DNA from: the human T2T-CHM13v2.0 reference genome, Homo sapiens
Reading direction: 5' to 3' (one strand)
NCBI RefSeq assembly: GCF_009914755.1
Contig: NC_060946.1
DNA length: 64,000 nucleotides
Made by a program: the position numbers and the translations under genes
Notes under the pieces: generated by a model
Databases searched by the model: none
Told to the model about the DNA's origin: nothing
Seen by the model: only the letters and a program-made list of their open reading frames with translations
In this document: piece after piece, positions 40,286-53,087 of the stretch
How the letters are laid out: each line of letters starts with the position of its first letter
How positions within the stretch are numbered: position 1 is the stretch's first letter

Positions 40286-42829
40286 CTACCCAAAGTCAAG
40301 TTGGGAAAAGGGCCCAGGATAGGTGAGGAGTACAGAAGAGGGACCTCATTCATAAGAAATTCTGCTGTAGAATGGGTGCTCTAAGCTCTTAAAACAGCCT
40401 CGGCCTCAGGAAAGTCTGTCCAGGGCATAGGAAGCCCACACACAGGGTGGGATGACAAGTTCGCATCTGGCCCTGCTGGGAGACCTGGGGGCCTCTGCCC
40501 TTTTGGCTGCGTTGTCTCCTGCCTCTTAGGGTTGTGGGATTCTGGGCCCTGATTGCAGCAGTTGGATTCACTTAGCTCTCCTCCCCTTTTAGCATTACTG
40601 TCTTCTGTAATAAACCTCTCACTTTGATCTGCCAGGCTGTCAAATGCTTTGATTACCCTCTCTGTTTTATTCCAATGGTTCATCAATTCAAATATCCACA
40701 ATAGAAGGACAGATTTTAGTCTCTTCATACAGTGAGATATTTCACAGCTATTAAAAAAATAAAATAAATGCTTGTATATTGATATGCAAAGTTGTCCCAC
40801 ATCAATAACTTTTAAACACATTTTATGATCCCACATCTATATCTATACATAATGTTTGCCACTGCTTAAACGAAACAAAATCTAAGCTTTAGACTCCAAA
40901 TGGAATTACAGGGGAGTCTTGATGTCTGTGTTCTGCAGTTCTGTCAAGTTTGAAATTGTGAAATAAACATGGTGCCTTTCCGGTAGCCACTCAGAATTCC
41001 TCCTCTCTTTCCACAAAGCATTGTCACCCTCCCTGTCCCATTTGCCCCAGCCCCGTGGAGCTTGCTGAGCTGGCACCATCATCTCTTGTAATAGACAAAG
41101 ACATTGAGAACCAGAGAGGGGAAGCACCTTGTTGACATCCCACAGCTCTGAGTCAAAGTGGACTTGGACTCCCTTACTAGCTGTTTCCTAAAGTCCAGGG
41201 AGCCCTGGAGGCCCAGGAATGTAAGGGCCAGAGCCTGGGGCTTTCTGTCCAGAAGTAGGGGAGGTGGGGCTACAGCTCATGGCTTGAGTGCATTTCCTCT
41301 CAAGTACAATAAGGGCTGCTTTGTAGATGAAAAATATAAATGGCTGCCTGCAAATTTGTCAGGTAATGTGTTTGTCTCCCCTATGATACTGTAAACTTGG
41401 TATAAGCAGGGACCTGTCTGAATCACCCTAGTGTCCCCAGCACCAAGGCAGAGCCTGACATAGAAAATGAATGATTTCATTAAATACCAACACCTTCTAG
41501 GTGCCAGGTACTGCTCTAGGTGCTGGAATCTGCAGTGAATAAGATACCCAGAATCCCTGCCCCTGTGTAGCCCTCACTGTAGTAGAGCAGAACAGATGAT
41601 GAATAAGTAAGCATGCAGGGTGTGAGATGGGCGGGAGAGCTCCATTTTGGAACCGGGTAGTGTGCAAAGCGGACACTCAGGAAAGAACGTGAGGGTTGAG
41701 CTGTGGAAATGATGGAGAAAAGTCGCCCCTAACATGAGTGCAGACACTACAGCTACAATAACAAGTGAAGGTGGAGAAGGAAGCACAGAGGCAAGCAGCT
41801 GGGGAGATGTGGGGGTGGGATCCAGGGAAGGGTCTCTCTTTATTGCATCTATTTTCAAATTGAAATAGGAAGCAAGGCAGCAGGAGTAAGGAAGCCTGGG
41901 GAAGGTTTTAGAGGTTTAAGGAGGAAGGAGAAGGCACGATACTGTTGCTTGGGGACAAGGCAGCACTTCCAGAGCTGGGTGTCTGGGCTCCAGGGCAAGT
42001 CACTTCATCTCTTCCTGTGCCAGCATCTCCTCAGCTGTGAAATGGTGATTATTATAGAACAGATTCATAGAGTTTTATGATAATTAAATCAGTTGGTATT
42101 CATAACATGCTTAGATTATATATATCTTTATTAAGATAACAAAGAAGTCTGGCAGACTTATGGACTCAGGAAATGAATGAGTTTGTAGGACATCATCCAG
42201 GGCCCACTGGAGGTTTGGGCTTGATGACTAAATGAGAGCAAAAGGCACGTGTGTTTCTCTCTGGCTGTGCTCAGCCACCTGACTGCAGGGCTCAGCCACC
42301 TGACTGCAGGAGCAGAGGGAGTGGGTGGCTGGTTTTCAGCAGAGTGCAGTTTTGCCCTGGGAGTAAAATCAATTGTGGGACAAGAGAGTGGAGAGTGTTA
42401 GAGAGGGTAGATGACAAGCTGGGCCATATAGTCTCAGCTGGGAGGAGGGGAAATTTGCAAGAAAGTGGGTGAGACACAAAAGTGAAAATTTGGAGTCATT
42501 GAAGTGTGTTGGATTTGCGAGGCAGCTGGAAAAAGGAAAGTGGTGGTCAAAAAAAGCGTGTTTGAAATTGAGGGTCTGGAGTAGCTACAGTTTCTGCAGT
42601 GACAAGGACAAGAATATACAGGTAGGAGTGGGTGACTCAGGGAGAGTGGAGACAAGGTCTCTAGGGGTGGAGGGACCAAGAGCCAGAGCATGAGGAGGAC
42701 TCTCTATGTGCATGTTGGCATGACCTCAGCAGGAGAAAGTGCCCATGAACTGGGAGCCAAGTCTTCAATGCATAGGGATGTGGCCCTGGGTGCAATTTGA
42801 CGGCAAGAGCTTCAATATTGATTCCCTTT

Positions 42830-43453
42830 GTGTGTCACCGTGTCCTCGGGTAATTTTTCTTTGTGAGAACATCACAAAGTGTGGTTACAGACACCTCAAT
42901 ATTGTACCTACTGTACACCTAGGCTCTATGGCACAGCCTACTGCTCTCAGGCTGCACACCTGGGCACAGGTTACTGCAGTGAATACTATTGGCAGTTGTA
43001 GCACAATGGTCAGTATTTGTGCATCTAAACATATCATGAAAAGTACAGTAAAAGCATAGTATTGCACTATATACAAATATAGTATGGTACCTAGACATGG
43101 TGCACTGGTCTAGGACACTTACCATGAATGGAATGTGCAGGGCTGGAAGCTTCTCTGGGTGAGTCAGTGAGTGGTGAGTGAAGGTGAAGTCCTAGGGCAT
43201 GACTGTGCACTACTGTAGATTTTATAAACACTGGACACTTAGGCTACACAACGAGATATATATTTCTTTTTCTATAGAATTATAAATCTTTTTTAATAAA
43301 TATATTTTTAAAGTAACTCTGCCATAACATTACAATTGTTATGTCACGGGGCTAGGCAGTAGGTGTCTTTCAGCTCCATTATAGTTTCATGGGTACACCA
43401 CTGCACACGTAGTCTGGGTTGACGGAAACATTATTTCGTGGCACATGAATGTA
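42830..43453 (+). mobile_element. Tigger3 (Golem) DNA transposon derivative
   Basis: CCTACTGTACACCTAGGCT.TATGG, CACTTACCATGAATGGA, CTGGGTGAGTCAGTGAGTG, TTTCAGCTCCATTATA, GTTGAC.GAAAC. Confidence 0.88.
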
Positions 43454-44152
43454 TTTTTATGGGAGAGAAGGATGATGAGCTGAAAGAGGGAGGCAATGAG
43501 AAGCAAGGAGGACCTATCCTGCTCAGGCCCAGGGAAGGGCTGCAGCAGAGGACAGCAAGGCAGCAGTGTCCTTGGGGGATCAGGCCTCTTACTCACAGGA
43601 AGGAAGAAAAGGAAGAGTTCCCTGGGGCTGCTGGAAACCTGGGGGCTGCTCGTGCTGGAGCAGGATTTTGAGGACATGCAAAAGGGTTTCAGCAAGGGAG
43701 GGAGGGAGGAAGGAACTGGGGAGCGAGGGTCAGCCCAAGATAACCAGGCCTCTCCCAGGAATCTTCTGGCCACTCAGAAGCAGTGGTCATGCCCAGTTGA
43801 GCCCACAAAGGGCACCCAGTGCCCAGCGTGAGAACCTGGCCTGCCTATTGCCCAGGCCTGAGGCAGCCCAGCCATTGCTGGTACCTGCTGTAGCCCCTAA
43901 GATGGATCAGCCTGGCCCGGTCCTCAACAGCCCTCACTGAGGCAGGTAAAAACACAGGCACCTGTAATAAGAGGCAGGCAGAGGCAAGTCACATGGCAGT
44001 GGCAGACCAGGTCTGCAGGAGCCCAGTCAGATGGGCACTGAATCCAGGCAGGCTTTCTAGAGGCAGTGACTCAGGATTTGTGTTCCAGTTGTGATGGTGG
44101 CACATCCAGGAAGCAGCACATGGTCCAGCTGGGCACATTGGGACTGGAGGCT

Positions 44153-44230
44153 GTTTTTTGTTTTCGTTTTTGAGATGGAGTCTCACTCTGTCTCCAGGCT
44201 GGAGTGCAGTGGCATGATCTAAGCTCACTG
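44153..44230 (-). mobile_element. Short 5'-truncated Alu
   Basis: TTTTTGAGATGGAGTCTCACTCTGTC.CCAGGCTGGAGTGCAGTGGC, flanked by GGAGGCTG(G)TTTTT repeats. Confidence 0.8.
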
Positions 44231-44839
44231 GAGGAGGCTGGTTTTTAATGAGTCTTGAGGCCAAGGCAAGGGTCATGACCAGGGTCCAGCCTCAGCAATG
44301 CACTCACCCCTTCACCCTGGGGCACTGCTGCAGGCCCACCATCACCAGCCTACATTTGCTCCCCTCCTGCCCTCTCTTCCCAGGAAGCCCCTCACCTGTC
44401 ACTTCATGAAGAATATGGAAGCCAAGGAGGTCTTCTTCAGGCATTCCTCTCCACCCATGCACTTCCTCCCTCCCTGCCAGCTTCAAAGGAATTGATGTCC
44501 AGAGAGACCCTCCCCAGTTGCCTCACCTTTCCCTCAGCCTCTTCCAGGAACTGTCCTCTGACATCTCTCTGTCTAGGTCTCCCTGTCACTCTTGTGCACA
44601 CCAGGACTGTTCTCCCTTTTCCTGTCAGCCGCTGAGTCCACTCAGATATCTTCTGCTTCCCAAAATTAAAATTACAAACCAAAACAGAAACAGCTTCCAT
44701 GACCTTACACATTGTAGACACTTGGCTACAGCAGTGAATGACCTAGACAAAGTCCCTTTCCCCATGTAGCCCTCATGCTAGTAGAGTGAAACCGATAATA
44801 AATAAACTAGTCAAATGTTCAGCATGTGAGTTGGTGATG

Positions 44840-44980
44840 AGAGCATGGTGCTTCATGCCTGTAATCCTAGTGCTTTGGGAGGCCGAGATGTGAGGATGGT
44901 TGAGGTCAGGAATTTGAGACCAGTCTGGGTAACATAGTGAGACCCTGTATCTACACAAACTGAAATAAAATAAAATAAAG
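44840..44980 (+). mobile_element. Alu monomer (FLAM-like)
   Basis: ATGCCTGTAATCCTAG..GAGACCAGTCTGGGTAACATAGTGAGACCC plus (TAAAA)n tail. Confidence 0.8.
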
Positions 44981-47289
44981 GAAAAGTGAAGGAGGATAGA
45001 ATGTATCAGTGGGAAAGGGGGATGGGAGAGCCACATTTTAGACAGGGTGGTCCAGGAGGGTAAAGCTCCAATCACTATTCCTCTGGCCCATTCCACATCT
45101 ATCCCCATCCCACCCCCTGCACAGTGCTTGGGTCAAAGCCTCTCAGTCCTGCTTGTATTTCTCCAAGAGTGATCCAGGGTCCAACTGCATCAGAACAGTG
45201 GGGTGAGGTCACAGCCCCTGCCTGTGAGAAGTGCAGATTCCTCTTCCTGGACCAGAATTCCTGGGAACTGGACCCAGGAATTTCCCAAGATCTCTGGGGG
45301 ACTCTGAGACAACCCAAGGTATGGGAGCTGCAGATTTCCTCCTGAAAAGGGAGCACTGTCTCAAGGGGTGCAGGTCACTCAGCTCTACCTTGTAGCCACC
45401 AGACTAGTCTGAGCCTTGGAGAATGCTGCTCTTTCCTCCTGGAATGCCCTTCCCTGTTTTCCTTGCCGGGTAACTCTTACACATCCCTCAAGACCCAACT
45501 CAAGGGCCACCTCCTCCTGACGTCACTCCCTGAACTTCCTCCTGTGTTTCCACTCTCCTCTTCACCAACTGATGTTGACATTTCTATGGGACCATCTCTC
45601 TCTCTCTAGACCAGAAAAGCCTACTGTTGCGGCCCCCTGTAGAGCAATTTGTGTCAGTCTGGGGAGAGTGGATTTGGAGCCCAACCACCACTGAGGAAAA
45701 TCTGTCTGATGGACATGGTGGGTTCCAGCCCAGACGCAGGGGTCAGCGAGGGGTGGTGTGACAGTGAGCACAGACCTTGGGTGGTGGTGACAGTGGCTGT
45801 CATGGGGAGGAAAGGAATGGAAAAGGGACCTCATGGGAGCAGAAAGAAAGGCCTTAGCTGCAGATGGGCAGGACCCCACCAGGAATCCAGAACCCGCATC
45901 CTAATCCCAGCTCTGCTGTAAGTCCACAGTGGAACCCTGGCAAAGACTTTCCCCTTTCTGAGCCTCATTTTACTCATCAGTAAAATGGTGACTATAACTC
46001 CAACTTCACCAAGGAGATGCAAGGCTCAATGAGATAATGGATCTGAAAATGCCTTATGTTTCATGGCACAAAGGAGAGGGATTCCTGACATGCGACAAGC
46101 ACAGGGTGAGAGGAAGGATGGGGTCTGTAAATGGCCAGGTGGCAGCCCCACCCCTCCACACACACAAACACCCACCGTATCACCCACGCTGGTGATTTTC
46201 CCAGGAGGACCCCCAGCCTGCAATTAGCACTGCCAGGTGGGCAGGGAGGGCTGCAGTCCCATTACAGGGGTGAGGAAACAGGCTGCGGATGGTCCCACAG
46301 GGAATTAGGAGCAGAGTCTAGCTCCCCATGGCAGGCAGGGAAGATTGAAGTTGCTGCCTGGAAAGAGGAAGGGAGACATTGACTGGCACTCCGTGATTTA
46401 GGTGAGAAGCCCAGGCTCAGCCTGGTGACTTGAGCTTCCTGATGTAGAAGTTGAAGGATGCAGAGGAGACAGAGGGCAGGAGGAAGAAGATAAGGAAGAG
46501 AACAGCAAACTGGAGTCACTACAGGACACTAGCTGCTCCAGGCTGCTCTGTCTCATTCTAAGAGAAAAGGAAAAGTGGGAGAGGGGATCACAGATCATGT
46601 CCAGATTCCTCACTGGCATGGATGCTGCTATGGAAACAAAGATGGTCCAGGTTTGTGGACCTGGAAATCTGTGTTTACAGCCAACACAGTTGCTGCCCGA
46701 GACAGCCCCACCTGAAGACCCCAGAGCTGCCCCAGCTTGCCAGGCTTCCCGTCCTCCTGTCCTCCTGTTATCACCCCATGCTGCTGAGAACCTGCCTGGC
46801 AGGCTGCCCAGCCAAGGCCGGGGCCTAATCTCAAGTGAAACTGACATGTCCCTGTGAGGGCTGAGGAACATCCTCTCTCCCCACAGAGCCTCACTCAGGT
46901 TCTCATCTACTTCCTTGGGGTCTGCCCCACCTCCCTCAGGAGTTTGGAACCACATACCGTTCTGGAGAGGACCTCTCACTGCTGCCGAACCTGTCCTCCA
47001 GGATACCCACAAGTGTTCATCTCGGTCGTGGCTAATTAACTTATCATATGGTAGTGAACTACCTTCTGGGGCCCCAATATTTTGTTTATTTTTTTAAAAT
47101 AAAATTAGTACCATTGTTTATTTTCTGAATGTGCAGAAATATTTGTCTGATTAATATTTACATGCCCTTTGGGAAAACTTTACAAAATAAAAAATATGAA
47201 GGAGAATCCTACCACACAGAGATAATCACTTTAATTATTTTTCTATTCATATTTGCACATACAGGTATATATGGGATCATGCTCTGTAT

Positions 47290-47700
47290 CTGTTGGGAGT
47301 GCATTAATCTGAAAGTTCAGCCACTTAAACAAAGGTTCATTTTTCTTACATAGTTAAGAGTATCTATGGTTCCTGGCTATGGTTCACTGGTTCAACAATA
47401 TTAGGCCCAGCATCTTTGTGAGTCTATTGCAATTTAGCTTATGGCTGTAAGACGGCTACTGCAGCTCCAACCACTACATGAGTTTACAAGGCCAGCAAAA
47501 GCAGTCACTTCTGTATTCTTATTAGAAAAGCAAGAACTTCAGAGGTGACCCCCAGAGGATTTCTCTTTAGGTCTGGAAATCTGTGTTTAGATTGGCCAGA
47601 ACCTGATCTCATGACCATCCCTTACACTAGAGAATAGCATTGTCATGATTGACTTTGGATCAAACATAATTTATTGACTGAGAGTGCACATGTGGTTCCC
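47290..47700 (-). mobile_element. Old MLT1 LTR
   Basis: AAGA.GGCT.CTGCAGCTCCA, CCCCAG..GATTTCTCTTTAGGTCT..ATTGGCCAGAA. Confidence 0.6.
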
Positions 47701-48269
47701 CCCAAAGAAGATCAGGAAAGGAAGGAATTTACAGTGTGTACTACAGCATGCATGCTGTTTTATAAACTGCTCTTTCTCTTAATGGCATATTTCAAACATC
47801 TTTCCATACTAAGAAATATAAATTCAGTCATTCATTTAACAACAAATTATTGAGAGAGTACTGTGTTCCAGGAACTTAACTTGGCATGGAGGACACAATA
47901 ATGTACATAGTATACTCCTTGCCTCCATGGAGCTTAGGATCTAATGAGGGATACAGAAATTCATCAAAGAGGTTCACAAAGAAATGTAAAATTACGATTG
48001 TAATTTGTGCTGAAAAGGAGGGAGGTGTGTGGTGCGTGAGAGCAGTGACAGGAGATTTGACTCAATCAGGAGGGTCTGTGTTCTGAATGGCCATAAGCCG
48101 GCCCCTTGCCTAGCTGTAGCACTATTATTTAGCCAATCTCTTATTGCTGGACATTCACATTCTTCCCACATCTTACTTTCTATCATCAATGAAACAATAA
48201 ATACCCTTCTCTAAGTACTGCTTGGCACACTTGTCTGATTACTTCCTCGGGATAAATTCCTAGGGTAAA

Positions 48270-48398
48270 GCCAGGCACCATGGTTCATGCCTGTAATCAC
48301 AGCTACTCAGGAGGCCAAAGTGGGAGGATCACTCGTGGCCAGTAGTTCATGGCCAACCTGGGCAACATAGGGAAGTCATGACTAAAAAAAAAAAAAAA
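48270..48398 (+). mobile_element. Alu monomer (FLAM-like)
   Basis: GCCAGGCAC..GGTTCATGCCTGTAATC..GGGAGGATCACT..CCTGGGCAACATAG plus A15. Confidence 0.8.
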
Positions 48399-48450
48399 TC
48401 CTGGAAGAAATGAACATTTCTTAGATGTCGAATTGCCAAATCAAGGGGTG

Positions 48451-48912
48451 CACCATCACCATCCCCATACTCACCATCACCATCCTCATTATCGTCATCA
48501 GTCTCACCCTCACCATTCTCACCAGCATCAGCAGCAGCATCCCCACCATAACTATCAGTATCATCACCACCTTCACTATCACCATCCTCACCATCACCAT
48601 CATCATCACTATCACCACCACCATTTTCACCATCACCATCCTGACCATCACCATCATTATCACCTCACCATCACCATCCTTACCATCACCATCACCATGC
48701 TCACTTTCACCATTCTCACCATTCTCATCATCATCCTCCTCAGCATAACTGTCACTATCATCAGCACCTTCACCATCACCTTCCTCACCATCACCAATAT
48801 TATCACCATAACTATCCTCACCATCATCCTCAACATAACTATCACTATCATTATCACCACCTTCATCATCACCATCCTCACCATTATCATCATCATCACA
48901 ACCACAATTATC
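48451..48912. repeat. Degenerate (CAT/CAC)n trinucleotide tract, copy 2 (homologous to 28575-29087)
   Basis: Same triplet composition and the same ordered variant motifs as copy 1. Confidence 0.93.
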
Positions 48913-51900
48913 AAAATCTTGGAGGAAAAGGAGAGGAGGTAGCATATTAAAATATAGGTACTTTGATGAAGAGGAACAAGCAGGGTTGAAGCTGGGGAGG
49001 GGATATCAAAAAATGGAGACCCCCAGAACATAAAACTAAGAAGCTCAGGCTTTGCCCAGAATCAGAGGCATCCTTGAAGATTTATCAGCAGGAGAGTATG
49101 TACTCAGATTCGTGTTTAGGCAGAACATTGAGCAATCCTCAGAAGGAAGAAGCAGAGGGAGGGAGGCCCACAGAGGAGACAGAACCTTCAACACCAACCG
49201 TGGTCCTGGTCCTGGGTCCAGCAGATCTGGCAGGAATGAGGAATGGGAAGCTCATGGGTAAAGGCTGCAGCCAGGCAGGGAAAGACCTCACTCTCCCTGC
49301 CACTCCTTTCGCTGCTTCCCACTTTCCTGTCCCATCTTTGCTAATAGGCTCAGCATCTCCAACTGCACTCAACCACTAGATTTGCCCCAATTCCTCCTCC
49401 TCTCTCATGCCTGAGGCCCAGGTGGCTTCCAGAGCTGACCAGGTCTACTTTAGAATTCTAATGAGATAATCTGGGTAGAAGTGCTGGTGCCCTGCCAGCC
49501 ACAGCAGCTACTCCTCATATGGTAAATTGGAACTGTCTTCTCAGTTCCTACAGCCTTGGGTTCAAATTCTCCCTAATCCAGATGACCACCGTCTCTCACC
49601 TGAGCAGAGAAGCCTCCCATTGGTCTCCCTGCCCCAGACCATCCTCTTTCCAGATATCAGCCTGATAATTTTCTCAAACTGCAAACCTGGTCATGTCCCT
49701 CCCTTGTCCCTTTGACTAAAGGGTAAGATCCAAATTCCTTAGCATGACACCCCAGGCACTGAGGAGCTGAGGCCCCTCCATTTCCACCTTGACTTTTTCC
49801 CCTCCCCCTCTAGTAGCATTGCTGACCCACTTGCCTTGTTCTTTCACCACATGGCTTTGATCCTGTTGCTCTTCTGCCTGGAGCGTCTTCCTACACCTTC
49901 TCTGCTTGGTGAATTTCTACTTAACCTACAAAGCCACGCTCACCTTCTCTGTGAATCCTACTTCCTCCCCATCATGCCGCAAATTGTGTCTCTCACTAGA
50001 CCTCCAGCCCCTAAAAATCAGGGACAGCTTAATGCATGTTGGAAATGGCTACTCCTCACTTAATTACCCTAATTAGCTAGTTATATTCCCTTATATTTAT
50101 GTTTCCCCATTTACTGACGCTTTCCACAGGCCAGGAACTGAGATCTGGGGGAGGACCCTGAGGGTAGGAAAAGCATGAGCACTGAAGGCTACAATGGCAC
50201 AGGCACCAACAGACCATGTGGGGTGCAGGAAGCCTCATCTCTAGAGTGTCTTCCTGGTTTACCATGCGCTTTCCTCCCTTCCCTTATTGGAGTCACCTTG
50301 TGCTGGTTTTGATAGCCTGTGTCCCTGAAACATGCACTCCCACACACACAAACAGACCCACACGTATCCACATGTACCTGCCCATACATGCACAGACCTC
50401 TCTGTGTATCCCCCAGAGCCACAAATACCAATCTTGAGAATGAAGATTTCGCAAGTGCTCTGTGCCAGGTATGATGCCAGGTCCCTGACAACACAAGACC
50501 ACTCTGGTTTCTCCCACTCAGCTGTGCAAGGTTCGGGGTTGAGGAGCTCCCCCTGCCAAGGTCACAGACGTGGAGCATGAGGTAACAGCTATTTGAATGT
50601 AAGCCTGTAGGTCACCAAAACATAAGCCATCTGCACCCCACCAGACTGCCTCCAAAGCACATGAAGACATGAGTCTATCAACTGTGACTCATTAGTACCC
50701 AGCAATATTTCCTCCTCCACTTCGTTTCCCACTGCCACTCCAGTATCCCTGCCCACAGTCCCAGAGCCACCTCTGCTTAAGGGGGAGGTCAGGACAGATG
50801 TCCCGATCCACCCGATGCCATCTCCCAGGGTGCAGCCTCCTCATGGGGAAGAGGACTACCATGGCTAGTGGTGACATGGGTAGCTCTGGCCTCCAGGACT
50901 TCTCCCGGGGACCTCTGCTCAGGACATGGCATGGACAGAGGTGAGGTTACCATAAACTTCCTCGGAAATGACTACAAACCAGCTAAGACCATTCCAGCAC
51001 CTAACACGCTGACAGCACAGGGTGGGCCCACAGAAGGGGAAGGGCTAGGGAGTCCAAGGCCACAAGAGTCCTCCCTCCCTGAGCCCTTGAGCACAGCCAT
51101 CCAAGTGTAAAGGACAAATATGGGGGTTCTGGGGATTCCCAAGCCTGGGCCCTAGAGGTGAGTTCTAGCAAGGTCTCCAGATATCCTCCCCATCCATCCC
51201 CTCATCCTGTCTCACATATTGTAAAAACAAGGAAACTGAGGCCTAGAGAGGGAAGGGGCTTGAGCAGTCTCCCAGGCAGTTAGAGACAGAGCCCGAGTTA
51301 GATTCCATGTTTCTCTCATTTTTTTCCCCTAGGTCTGTCTCTGACTAGCTATGTGACCTTGGAAGAGTCACTCCACCTCTCTGGGCATTGAAGGTTTACA
51401 ACTTCTGACATGTTCATTCCAGAGGGTTGTCAGGACCTGACAGCCCTTCACCTAAACAAAACATTCTACAGTCTACAAGTATTCGTATATCTCTTCTCTT
51501 CTCTGACCTCTGTAATAGCCCTATGAAGCTGTGAAAGTTGGTGTTTGTGTCCTATTATGCAGATGCAAATACTGGACTCAGAAAGACAAAGATCACACAG
51601 AAAGTTTGGGACAGGACTGGAACTAGAACCCAGGTCTCCCAAAGTAGGGTCCTTGCCATCACTAAGGCTAGGAATACATTAAGACTCCACAATATGGAGA
51701 GTTGCTCAATGCATGCCACCAAGGTTAGAGCTGACCAACCCCAGAATGCTCAGCAGCTCTGGGACCCTGGAGTGGAGGACTCAAGGCAGAGGGTGATGCC
51801 TAAGTCACACACATCTGAGCTCCAATCCAAACTCCACTATGCAGCTGTGTGACCCCATTTTATGAGGCTCAGCATTCTCTACTACAAAATGAAACTATAG

Positions 51901-52087
51901 AAGGTGCCAAAAAGCTCAGGATGAGGGGAGAACTGCAAGCTGAATGCAGGACTACCAGGCAGATGGTAAGCACTCATTAGATTTTGTTTCAAGCACACAA
52001 ATCATATGTTGTTTTTCATCATGTCTCCCCATGGTGTCTGGTCTATGGCTCCAGAACCAGGAGGCTTCTGATCAATCCTTATGCTAA

Positions 52088-52212
52088 ATGATGGACAGAT
52101 AGATGGATGGGTGGTTGGACAAATAAATGGATGGATGCATGGATTGATAGATTGATGCTGGGATGAATGGATGGATGAATAGATGGATGAATGGATAAAT
52201 GAATGGATGGGT
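52088..52212. repeat. (TGGA)n degenerate tetranucleotide repeat
   Basis: GATGGATGGATG... run just inside the BSND-pseudogene intron 1. Confidence 0.9.
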
Positions 52213-52348
52213 GCTCAGAAGAGAAGACAGAATAAAACGAGAGTCAAAATGAAAATAACAAGAAGATGATTGAAGGATGGGGCAGATACATGGAAGAGAG
52301 GTACAAGATCCAGCCCTTCGGGCTCCACTCAGCCCCACAACCACATAC

Positions 52349-52533
52349 CTTGGGGTAGCACTGGCACATGCTCCAGATTATACCCCTGGACACCACGATG
52401 CTGCCGCAGAAGGTTTCATTGAACTGGGGCCCATCATGGCTCAGGAGGAATGTACTGAGAGCCAAGAGAAGACCCATACATTGAAGCAGAAGCAGAAGGT
52501 CTTCTCATCTGCCAAGGTCTCCTCACCTGCCAT
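52349..52533 (-). pseudogene. BSND: Barttin (BSND) pseudogene, exon 1 coding part
   Basis: GCCATGG start, [61 protein letters not shown]|GTATGT, versus barttin [59 protein letters not shown]. Frameshifted, donor site intact. Confidence 0.96.
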
Positions 52534-53087
52534 GGCTGCCAGCCAGGCCCTGGCCTGTGCACCCCTGCCAGAAGGGGCCCGTGTCATCCAGCATAAACAT
52601 CCAGACAGGATCACAGGAAGAGATGAAGCTCTTGGATCACTGCAAATCAAAGTTTAAAGTTAAAGGGATGGCAAGACCCCTTCAGCTGCAGGCCCATTCC
52701 CTGGACCCAGCAGTTCAGCAGGGCTGAAGGCAGCATGCTTCGGTAGACCAATGAACCCACTCCCCACCCTCTCTCCTTCCCTTGGGGCCCAGAAGGCCTG
52801 GAATGCATGTGTGAATATGGGTGAGGGGAGCATGCAAGGGAGGGACAAGGGGAGGTTACAGGGGCTGGGCCCTAGACAAGCCTGTGACAAAACCTTCTTT
52901 GCCTACTTTGGGGCTGAACTGAGTAAGCAGCTGATCCCACACCTTCTAGCCCCGGGAAGCAGGGTACAATTCTGTAGCCAAAATATGTTAAAATGCTGCC
53001 GGAGGATTTCAGGATCCCACTGCCAGGCATTTCAGGATCCTAGATTTTAGACCCTTCAAGGATCCTGGTCATTTTAGACCCTTCAAT

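Noticed and set aside
37027-40322. Hexapeptide-repeat ORFs (GPDVHL / RPQVDI); possible CRISPR-like array
   Set aside because: Mixed 18/19-bp units break the frame constantly. Units are contiguous with no unique spacers, and the DNA is primate.
48421-49031. His-rich and Asp/Gly-rich ORFs resembling histidine-rich proteins
   Set aside because: Translations of the second (CAT)n tract.
49060-49100. Faint resemblance to BSND exon 2 in reverse (GAGG..CTTGAA..TCAGCAGG)
   Set aside because: Too short and gapped, with no supporting translation or splice sites.
42003-52628. 17-bp inverted match CTTCATCTCTTCCTGTG (42003-42019 versus ~52612-52628)
   Set aside because: One such match is plausible by chance in 64 kb. 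It does not extend, and the first copy lies in a MIR-like element.
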